A DNA stretch of 64,000 bases, taken from contig JBAXXQ010000001.1 in assembly GCA_037127795.1 (NCBI GenBank), positions 252,274 to 316,273 on the forward strand. The letters are read 5' to 3'. Shown in pieces: positions 28,467 through 35,427 of the stretch. The stretch comes from a bacterium (GTDB taxonomy: Bacteria; Patescibacteriota; Minisyncoccia; Phycocordibacterales; UBA9973). Under the pieces are notes generated by a model. That model made no database searches and had not been told where the DNA came from. It saw only the letters and a list, made by a program, of their open reading frames with translations. Positions within the stretch are counted from its first letter, which is position 1, and the number at the start of each line of letters is the position of its first letter. Position numbers and translations under genes: made by a program.

Positions 28467-28824
28467 TTTATTTTTATTCATAACAGCTATACCAGCTTTT
28501 GCAAAAGGTCCAGCAGGAAGTGTTATAGGTATTCCTTGTGATGGAGTAAATTGTAACATTGAGGATATTTTTACCTTGATTAATAATCTCATAAAATTTG
28601 CTATTACAAAATTATTTTTCCCAATTTTTATTGTAGCTATTTTGTACATTGGATGGAGTTATCTTACCGCTGGTGGAGATACCAAGAAGGTTGCTAATGT
28701 AAAACAAATGGCTTGGCATATGTTTTTAGGGGTAATCCTTGTTCTTGCATCATGGCTTATTGTTAAAACAGTACTCGATGTACTAGGGGCAACAGATGCG
28801 GGGATGTTTTTGACAGGTAATTAA
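28429..28824 (+). CDS. VirB2/TrbC-like pilin-type protein 1 (signal peptide + two-helix hairpin)
   Basis: Sec signal (AIPAFA/KG), then two long hydrophobic helices separated by a TAGGDTKK loop; overlaps the SBP gene by 38 nt. Confidence 0.5.
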   Translation: MKHKIKFNLIFSSLFLFITAIPAFAKGPAGSVIGIPCDGVNCNIEDIFTLINNLIKFAITKLFFPIFIVAILYIGWSYLTAGGDTKKVANVKQMAWHMFLGVILVLASWLIVKTVLDVLGATDAGMFLTGN

Positions 28825-28840
28825 TGTATACTTATATTAT

Positions 28841-29323
28841 ATGCAATATAAAAATCTTAAAAAAATATTCGCTGTAGGTATATTTTTGGGAATAATGTTT
28901 TTTTCAAATTTGTTAGTATTTGCTCAAGGTAACCCTGGTGCAAATAGTACTGGGACACCAACAAATAATCCTGGTGCAAATGCTACAGCAAATCAAACAA
29001 CTCCATCTGCTACGGCAAATAATACTGTTATTCCGCCAGGAGATACAAAGATAAGTTATAGTATTAATAACCCGCTTGGAGTTACTAGTATTGATGAGGT
29101 TATACAAAAAATAATGGCTGTTATAGTTAAACTCGCAGTTCCTGTAATTATCTGCCTCTTTTTATATACAGGATTTATGTTTATTACAGCACAGGGAGAT
29201 ACCACAAAATTAAAAACAGCAAAAACTATGCTTTGGCAAGTAATTGTAGGAACTATTATTATCCTTGGTGCATGGGCTATAGCAGCTGCTATTGTTACAA
29301 CAGTAAGCTTAATAACAGGATAA
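28841..29323 (+). CDS. VirB2/TrbC-like pilin-type protein 2 with Asn/Thr/Pro-rich spacer
   Basis: Signal (LLVFA/QG); low-complexity NPGANSTGTPTNNPGANATANQTT linker; helix-AQGDTTK-helix C-terminal hairpin. Confidence 0.5.
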   Translation: MQYKNLKKIFAVGIFLGIMFFSNLLVFAQGNPGANSTGTPTNNPGANATANQTTPSATANNTVIPPGDTKISYSINNPLGVTSIDEVIQKIMAVIVKLAVPVIICLFLYTGFMFITAQGDTTKLKTAKTMLWQVIVGTIIILGAWAIAAAIVTTVSLITG

Positions 29324-29324
29324 T

Positions 29325-30476
29325 ATGAAAAGATTTTTATTCTCACTCATACTAATAGTAAGTATATCAATCCCGGCATTTGCCTTTGCTGGAGAGATAA
29401 CAGCACAAAGTCAGTGTAAAAATTTATCTAGCATTTCAACAAGTGCTCAATATACTATTTGCTGTACGAGTACTTTTAAGGCCGCTATTTGTAGTAGTCT
29501 TACCACAAGTCAACAATGCACTTTAGGAGTACTTCCTGCGGATCAATGTCAGAATCAGTGTGATTCTATAAAATCAAAAAATGACTATGATGTATGTTGT
29601 AATCTTTCTGATCATCCTATTTGTAAGTCACTTTCAGTACCAGAACAATGTGCATACGGAGCGCCTATTAATCCATCGCTCTGTGTGTCTACGCAACAGC
29701 AAGTGACCCAGAATCAACCTCAAACATACACTCCTGGTGCGACTTATACATCAGGGCAATGTGATGCATTTTCTAGTATTGATTCTTTGGATAAGTACAA
29801 TAGTTGTTGTGTTGATTTAAAAACAAATACTCCTCATTCTCCTCAACCTACAAGTTGTCTTACAATGACAAAAAATCAACAATGTGCTCTGGGGGTACTT
29901 CCTGCTGATCAGTGCCAGAATCAATGTAGTTCTATTACCTCTAGGGATGATTATACGACTTGTTGTGCAGGTGCTGTTGTTGCCAACTCATGTGTTGCAT
30001 TATCACAAGCAGATATATGTTTGTTCAAAACTTTTAATTCTACTATTGAGGCAACAAATGCGGGCTGTCCGGATGCAAATATTGCCGGGTTTGTTTCTCC
30101 TGGTTCTGGGGTTGGGGGAAGTCTTTTAGGGGGTGATCCTTTGGGAACATATAGTAAAAATGTTGTCGTAGAAACAACCTGTTCAAAAGTAAATCTTTCA
30201 AAAGTTGACTTGAAAAGTTTTTGGAGTTTCTTTTTGTGGGTTCGATGTTTTATAGGAAGTCTATTTCCATTATTGATGACAATTGCGTTCCTTGTCTTTA
30301 TGTGGAATATTGTCAACTACATAATTAAACCTAATGCATTAAAGAATAATGAGCGCCGTACATATATAATCGCGGGATTAATAGGGTTATTTGTTATTGT
30401 TGGTATGTGGGGCTTGGTTGCATTCACAACATCAACCCTTGGAATAGGAAGTGTTATACCACAGCTGCCATTGTAG
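29325..30476 (+). CDS. Cys-rich secreted modular protein with C-terminal VirB2-like two-helix membrane hairpin
   Basis: Signal (AFAFA/GE); two ~110 aa tandem Cys-rich modules (QQC.LGVLPADQCQNQC.SI.S..DY..CC repeated); C-terminal FFLWVRCFIG...AFTTSTLGIG hairpin. Confidence 0.5.
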   Translation: MKRFLFSLILIVSISIPAFAFAGEITAQSQCKNLSSISTSAQYTICCTSTFKAAICSSLTTSQQCTLGVLPADQCQNQCDSIKSKNDYDVCCNLSDHPICKSLSVPEQCAYGAPINPSLCVSTQQQVTQNQPQTYTPGATYTSGQCDAFSSIDSLDKYNSCCVDLKTNTPHSPQPTSCLTMTKNQQCALGVLPADQCQNQCSSITSRDDYTTCCAGAVVANSCVALSQADICLFKTFNSTIEATNAGCPDANIAGFVSPGSGVGGSLLGGDPLGTYSKNVVVETTCSKVNLSKVDLKSFWSFFLWVRCFIGSLFPLLMTIAFLVFMWNIVNYIIKPNALKNNERRTYIIAGLIGLFVIVGMWGLVAFTTSTLGIGSVIPQLPL

Positions 30477-30545
30477 ATTTGATATATAGGTGTGGTATAC
30501 TATAAGGGTACTAAATAATTAAAAGATAGTAATTAATTGTAATTT

Positions 30546-30926
30546 ATGAAAAAATTTTTGATAGCATTAAGTGCAGTACTTGTTCCTGCAAGTTTGTACG
30601 CACAATCACCAAGTCATTTGAATAATCTTATAGATGAAATTTTTAACCTTGCAAATAAGGCTGTTGCGTTTTTGATGATATTGGCAACATTGTATTTTAT
30701 CTGGGTTATTATAAAACTTATTACACAAACAGATTCTGCAAAAAGAAAAGAAAACAAAGAGCAAGTAAAATGGGCAGTTATTGGTCTTGCTATTATGGTC
30801 TGTGTATGGGGTCTTATCCGTTTTGCTGCTGATACTCTTGGTATTAGTACAACTAATGGAAACCAAAATAATATTGCAATCCCTTGTCCACCAGGTACAA
30901 ACCCTGTTGGAGGTGGTTGTCGTTAA
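30546..30926 (+). CDS. VirB2/TrbC-like pilin-type protein 4
   Basis: Signal (SLYA/QS); two hydrophobic helices separated by a TQTDSAKRKENKEQ loop; Gly/Cys C-tail. Confidence 0.5.
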   Translation: MKKFLIALSAVLVPASLYAQSPSHLNNLIDEIFNLANKAVAFLMILATLYFIWVIIKLITQTDSAKRKENKEQVKWAVIGLAIMVCVWGLIRFAADTLGISTTNGNQNNIAIPCPPGTNPVGGGCR

Positions 30927-30940
30927 GCTACTACAATACT

Positions 30941-31315
30941 ATGTTGTCTGAATTTATTGCATTTGCACAGGTATCACACGATCAGACATTAGAAGGTGTT
31001 TTATCTCGTATTAATTATTATATTATCAATCCCGCAATTATGTTGCTTTTTACGATAGCGACAGTGGTATTTATTTGGGGGATTATAAAATATATTAGAA
31101 ATGCTGCAGATCCAAAAAAGCGTAAAGAAGGACAAGATCATATGTTGTGGGGGATTATAGGATTTACTATTATGGTAGGAGTATACGGGATTATTACTAT
31201 AATTACTCAATTTTTTGGGTTCTCAAATGTAACTGTAACTCCAACAAAAATAAAAGTAACTCCTCAAAATATCCCATCGGTAAAAATTAAATCTTTTAAT
31301 TTACCTACTAAATAA
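30941..31315 (+). CDS. VirB2/TrbC-like pilin-type protein 5
   Basis: Start chosen at ATG 30941 (track ORF 30884 overlaps the previous gene); two helices around RNAADPKKRKEGQD. Confidence 0.45.
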   Translation: MLSEFIAFAQVSHDQTLEGVLSRINYYIINPAIMLLFTIATVVFIWGIIKYIRNAADPKKRKEGQDHMLWGIIGFTIMVGVYGIITIITQFFGFSNVTVTPTKIKVTPQNIPSVKIKSFNLPTK

Positions 31316-31334
31316 AAACTACCTACAAATAAGA

Positions 31335-31368
31335 AAAGCCTTCCTGAAATCAGGAAGGCTTTTTTTTT
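31335..31368. terminator. Bidirectional rho-independent terminator
   Basis: aagccttcctga-aa-tcaggaaggctt followed by TTTTTTTTT. Confidence 0.6.
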
Positions 31369-31388
31369 GTGGAATAAGGAACATAACA

Positions 31389-31997
31389 TTACTTTGGATC
31401 TGATATTTCTACGTGTAATTTTTTTACAGGAGTAATTGTGTGTATAACAATAACGCACAATCTCGGAAAGGTTGTATTTGTTTGTTCGATAGTTGTATTG
31501 TTTTTTACACGATAGTAAAAAAGTTTTTTTGCATCTCGTGCAAAAACTTCAAACTCACCTGATTCAGAAATTGTTTCAAATCGCTTCATGTCTGGAGCGG
31601 TAAACTTAATCGTTTCATCAGATTTCAAATCCATTTCTTTTCCAAAAGTAACTCTCGGTGTACACATTTCTTTGAAAGTGTATTTAATCTTTTCTGGCCA
31701 TACAAAATCAGGTGGATTCCACGAAATTAGTATGATACAGAATAAAATTATTCCAATGAGCCACCAAATCCAGGAAGGAAATGAACTTGGTTTTTTAAAG
31801 TTTTTTACTAAAAAGTAAATACCAGTAAAAAACCCAACAATGCCCACCATATATAACATCCAAACCCCCATGAATAACCAGAAAATCAGGATAATGATTG
31901 CGAATATCAATAAAGCAGCAAGTGTGTAAAATAAAAATAATTTTTTACTACTCTTGTGGGCTTTACGAGTCCCGTATTGATTACTACTGTTGTCCAT
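31389..31997 (-). CDS. Membrane protein with C-terminal beta-rich domain (possible NfeD-like partner of the upstream SPFH-like protein)
   Basis: Two or three TM helices then a soluble C-terminal domain; start taken at MDNSS (31997) to limit overlap. Confidence 0.4.
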   Translation of the reverse strand: MDNSSNQYGTRKAHKSSKKLFLFYTLAALLIFAIIILIFWLFMGVWMLYMVGIVGFFTGIYFLVKNFKKPSSFPSWIWWLIGIILFCIILISWNPPDFVWPEKIKYTFKEMCTPRVTFGKEMDLKSDETIKFTAPDMKRFETISESGEFEVFARDAKKLFYYRVKNNTTIEQTNTTFPRLCVIVIHTITPVKKLHVEISDPK

Positions 31998-32988
31998 TAT
32001 TACCTCCTCTTTTTTTTGTACCAGTTTCTTCATCATCTTTTCCAAGTAGAATCGATTCTAGTGTTGATAGAGTACCACCTCCTTGATTAAAATACTTAAG
32101 TCCTTGCGGAAGGCCTTTGTTCGATGCTTCTGCTACTTTTGCAAGATTTTCAGATGTTTTGTTAATAAAATCTGCATGAGCTTTATATTTTTTCTCAATA
32201 AATTTCATGTTTACCTCATTCATTGCATCTTGTCCTTTGGCTTTAAGTTCTTCTGTTTTAAGGATGTGTTCTTGTGCTTTAGTATTGTTTTCTTCTATAC
32301 CAATATTTTCTTCTGCATTTAAAAAATCTTGCGATTCTTCAGCTACAAAGATATATGGTATAGCAGGGAAGCCTAAAATTTTGAATTGATTAGAGGTAAA
32401 AAAGTCAGAATTATTAAGCTTGGTGATATCTTTATCTATCTCACTTAATATATCTGTACCTGCTACTTGTCTAATTTCTTTAAACTTTTTTTTGCTTGCC
32501 CACTCACGAACAACACTAATCACTTGGTTATGGATCTGCCCCAATGGATCTTCGAGACCTTTTGCTTTTATTGGGTTTCCTATCTCTACTGAGATTTGAA
32601 GTACCAATTCCAGACTTGCTGCATCTTCAGATATTACTTCCGCAACATCAAGATGTGATTCATTTTTCATAATATCTACCCATTCCTCTCTTGTCCCAAT
32701 TACTAATTTAGATTTTAAGAATTGTCTTAGGTTGATATATTTTTTTCTCTCCACACCATTTATGGTGATCATTTCAGTTGCCGCAGATTCTACATCTGCA
32801 ACTTCTTCTTTCCAGCGAAGTTTAACCTTGCTTGTTCCATAAGGCCAAACAATAAGAGGGAAATTGGCATCGGTAATACCGCTAGGGTCGCTTGGGTCAT
32901 TTATGATCCAGTCAACGTCTTTGCCAAATTTTGTCATGATGGTATATACTCCAGTCTTTTCTGGTACCAATTGGATAAATTTTGTCAT
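31984..32988 (-). CDS. SPFH/band-7 (flotillin)-like protein, TM-less (tentative)
   Basis: N-terminal beta-rich region (LIVWPYGTSKVKLRWKEE...ITINGVERKKYINLRQ) then a long Lys/Glu/Ala coiled-coil tail, as in flotillin-like proteins. Confidence 0.35.
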   Translation of the reverse strand: MTKFIQLVPEKTGVYTIMTKFGKDVDWIINDPSDPSGITDANFPLIVWPYGTSKVKLRWKEEVADVESAATEMITINGVERKKYINLRQFLKSKLVIGTREEWVDIMKNESHLDVAEVISEDAASLELVLQISVEIGNPIKAKGLEDPLGQIHNQVISVVREWASKKKFKEIRQVAGTDILSEIDKDITKLNNSDFFTSNQFKILGFPAIPYIFVAEESQDFLNAEENIGIEENNTKAQEHILKTEELKAKGQDAMNEVNMKFIEKKYKAHADFINKTSENLAKVAEASNKGLPQGLKYFNQGGGTLSTLESILLGKDDEETGTKKRGGNNGQQ

Positions 32989-33031
32989 ACTAGTAATGTT
33001 TATTTTGTTTTTAATGTATTTGTATATATAA

Positions 33032-33062
33032 TAGCATATTTATATATAAAAGTCAAGTATCT
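33032..33062 (-). promoter_or_regulatory. Copy 1 of a 31 nt repeated promoter module (minus strand TTGACT-17-TGcTATTAT) driving gene 31984-32988
   Basis: tagcatatttatatataaaagtcaagtatct identical to 47126-47156; ~44 nt upstream of the minus-strand start codon. Confidence 0.55.
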
Positions 33063-33115
33063 GAATAACCCTTATATATACTATACTTATCGCATATAAA
33101 TTAATACAAAATATT

Positions 33116-34186
33116 ATGTTAGAACGATTTGAAAAGGCGCTACATTCGCAAGAAAACCCAACGAATGAAAAAGGGTATGAGCCTAGCTTAAAAGAAGTTT
33201 TGAAGAAAAAAGAAGACTCTGATTTATTTGGTGAATTACTCAAAAGAGAAGGTAAGATAAATCTTGCTACCCGACTGGCAAAAGGTGAACTTACTGAATC
33301 TGATATCGAAGAACTCGATGAATATCGGACTGACTTTATGGGATCTATGGATCGAGTTAAAACAGTAAAAGAATCTATATCAAAAGAGCTTATTCATGCA
33401 TATACAAGACATAATTCAGACCTACAGAAAGTAATTTCTTTGGTGGGGGTAGATGAATATGAATCAATAGTAAAAGATAAATTGGCACGTCTTTCTATTA
33501 CAGCACCAGATGATTTTGAGGCTTTGTATAGATCTGTTGAAAGTAAGAATGATTACAAAGACGGGTATTATAAAAACTTAGATGAGCGAGTTGTTGCTCT
33601 CTGTAAAGAAAAAAAGATTAATCCAGAAGAATACTTCAAGGCTATCCTTGTTGAAGATCCTGATGAAAGAGAAGAAGCATTGCGAACTGTTGTACGTAAG
33701 GGGTATTCTTGGTTTGGAAAAGCAACAGATTGGCTTTCTAAGGGGGCGTACTCTAGAGATGATAGAGATACACTAACTGATACTTCAAGGTATATCTTTA
33801 GTGCGAACGATGATATGCGGGATGCTCAGGGTGAAGTCGGATATTTTCTCGCAGCTCTTACTTCAAATGAGGTTATTCGAAATGCTGTTTCAAAAGAGAT
33901 AATTGGAGATCCTGCAAATAAAGAAGTTTTTGAAGGTTTTAGTACTATAAAAAATGAACAACCTACAAAAGAAAAGGTTCAATTAGATTGGAATTCTTAC
34001 AAAGCTCAAGTAAAAGATTGGGCAGATCTTACTCCTGACGATCAGGATATGCACCGAGAGTCATTTCTGGATACTCAAAAAGAATTGTATGAGAAACAGC
34101 AAAGTAAAAAAACTAGTTTCTGGTCTTCAATTTTTGGAAGTTTCTTTGATCTCTTTGCTACTATTAATAAAGATAGTCTTAAATAA
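33116..34186 (+). CDS. Hypothetical highly charged alpha-helical protein (356 aa)
   Basis: ORF track; no recognisable motif; hydrophobic C-terminal tail. Confidence 0.45.
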   Translation: MLERFEKALHSQENPTNEKGYEPSLKEVLKKKEDSDLFGELLKREGKINLATRLAKGELTESDIEELDEYRTDFMGSMDRVKTVKESISKELIHAYTRHNSDLQKVISLVGVDEYESIVKDKLARLSITAPDDFEALYRSVESKNDYKDGYYKNLDERVVALCKEKKINPEEYFKAILVEDPDEREEALRTVVRKGYSWFGKATDWLSKGAYSRDDRDTLTDTSRYIFSANDDMRDAQGEVGYFLAALTSNEVIRNAVSKEIIGDPANKEVFEGFSTIKNEQPTKEKVQLDWNSYKAQVKDWADLTPDDQDMHRESFLDTQKELYEKQQSKKTSFWSSIFGSFFDLFATINKDSLK

Positions 34187-34191
34187 TATAT

Positions 34192-34404
34192 ATGACACAC
34201 GAAGAACTATATACTACATTCATGGATTTTGTTGAGAAAAATGATGAAATAGGAGCACGGCAATTTCTCATCGATCATCTGAATGATTTTCCTGAAGAAA
34301 TACGAAAACAAATCGCTTTTGAATTTTTTGTTGACGCAGTTAAAAAAGATGAGGCTATTGAGTCTATTCAAAAAAGAGCATTAGAGATTATTACACAAGA
34401 ATAA
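34192..34404 (+). CDS. Hypothetical small acidic protein (70 aa), co-transcribed with 33116
   Basis: 5 nt after the upstream stop; terminator follows. Confidence 0.35.
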   Translation: MTHEELYTTFMDFVEKNDEIGARQFLIDHLNDFPEEIRKQIAFEFFVDAVKKDEAIESIQKRALEIITQE

Positions 34405-34420
34405 TAGTGCATATAAAAAA

Positions 34421-34443
34421 CCTCTCATATTGAGAGGTTTTTT
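34421..34443. terminator. Bidirectional terminator (also ends the minus-strand tRNA operon)
   Basis: cctctca-tat-tgagagg flanked by AAAAAA and TTTTTT. Confidence 0.55.
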
Positions 34444-34446
34444 ATA

Positions 34447-34522
34447 TGGTGCGCCTAGCAGGACTTGAACCTGCGACATTCTCCTTAAGAGGGAGCTGCT
34501 CTACCAACTGAGCTATAGGCGC
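34447..34522 (-). tRNA. tRNA-Lys (anticodon CTT), CCA encoded
   Basis: Reverse complement GCGCCTATAGCTCAGTTGGTAGAGC...CTCTTAA...GGTTCAAGTCCTGCTAGGCGCACCA folds into a cloverleaf. Confidence 0.8.
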
Positions 34523-34623
34523 ATATTTATTTTGTAAAAGTATTTTTCTATAGTATCACTTTGCGAACGGAGCCGCTACAACTGAACTATGGGTGCGTAT
34601 ATGCATTTTATAAAAATGCCGTG

Positions 34624-34705
34624 TGCCGAGGAGAGGACTTGAACCTCCATACCTCGCGGTGCTTGCTCCTAAGGCAAGTGCGTCTACCAATTTCGCCACC
34701 TCGGC
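34624..34705 (-). tRNA. tRNA-Leu (anticodon TAG), long variable arm, no encoded CCA
   Basis: Reverse complement GCCGAGGTGGCGAAATTGGTAGACGC...CTTAGGA...GGTTCAAGTCCTCTCCTCGGCA. Confidence 0.8.
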
Positions 34706-34740
34706 ATGAATCATACTATATACTATCTTTGTAGGTTTTT

Positions 34741-34900
34741 CAACAAAACAATTTATTTGGGACTCGGTCACGAGTTACTAATTCGCCTTGCTCATAAGTA
34801 CTCGCGACCCCGCCTCAGCGCTGTATCGCCTCCCAGGCGCGCGCTTCCGGCTTTCTCGTCTGCACTCAAGGCAATCATAAAAAATACTCAAAAGAGTGTT
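34741..34900 (-). ncRNA. Candidate structured RNA (GC-rich island within the tRNA operon); identity unknown
   Basis: Local GC is much higher than the surrounding spacers; complementary segments ggtcacgagt...actcgcgacc, GCGCGC palindrome, CCGGAAGC; no ORF; co-oriented between two tRNA-Leu genes. Confidence 0.2.
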
Positions 34901-34911
34901 TTTTATGATTG

Positions 34912-34994
34912 TGCCCGAGGCGGGACTCGAACCCGCACGACATCACTGTCTGAGGATTTTAAGTCCTCTATGTCTACCATTCCATCACTCGGGC
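34912..34994 (-). tRNA. tRNA-Leu (anticodon TAA), long variable arm
   Basis: Reverse complement GCCCGAGTGATGGAATGGTAGACATAGAGGACTTAAAATCCTC...GCGGGTTCGAGTCCCGCCTCGGGCA. Confidence 0.8.
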
Positions 34995-35016
34995 AAAGAA
35001 CACGCAAAATGCGTTG

Positions 35017-35088
35017 AGGTCCGGGCGAGAATCGAACTCGCGTATAGTTCTTTTGCAGAGAACCGCCTTACCACTTGGCCACCGGACC
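35017..35088 (-). tRNA. tRNA-Cys (anticodon GCA)
   Basis: Reverse complement GGTCCGGTGGCCAAGTGGTAAGGCGGTTCTCTGCAAAAGAAC...GCGAGTTCGATTCTCGCCCGGACCU; discriminator U. Confidence 0.8.
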
Positions 35089-35096
35089 GTTATATA

Positions 35097-35423
35097 CTAC
35101 TCGTCTTTACTGAGTAGTGCGTCTATAGTTTGTCTTGCTTTTTCTCCTTTGTCAATCATTGTATCAATAAAAGGAATTGTGTGAAAGGGGAACCCTTTTT
35201 TGATATAATCGCGCATTTCTTTGCGTTGACGCTTCAAAAAATTGAGCGCGTCTTCTTCTTGAGATTCTGGAAGTACTGTCACGAGGATATCTGCTTTGCG
35301 ATCTTTTTCGTAAAGGTGTACAGAGGTCACGGTGATAAGTGATGTTTTGTTGGTCACTGTCTCAATAAAGCGTGCTGCACGCTCTCGGATGATTTCTTCT
35401 TTTTTTGCGTTTTTATTTTCCAT
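35097..35423 (-). CDS. rbfA: Ribosome-binding factor A
   Basis: Downstream of infB; KH-like core LITVTSVHLYEKDRKADILVTV. Confidence 0.7.
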   Translation of the reverse strand: MENKNAKKEEIIRERAARFIETVTNKTSLITVTSVHLYEKDRKADILVTVLPESQEEDALNFLKRQRKEMRDYIKKGFPFHTIPFIDTMIDKGEKARQTIDALLSKDE

Positions 35424-35427
35424 ATTT

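Noticed and set aside
30884-30940. Upstream extension of the fifth pilin-like gene
   Set aside because: Would overlap the preceding gene by 43 nt in another frame; the internal ATG at 30941 gives the same signal-less/helix architecture without overlap.
34556-34605. Possible fifth tRNA in the minus-strand operon
   Set aside because: Only an acceptor/D-arm-like 5' half is recognisable; no T-arm or matching 3' acceptor strand. Treated as a remnant (see finding).
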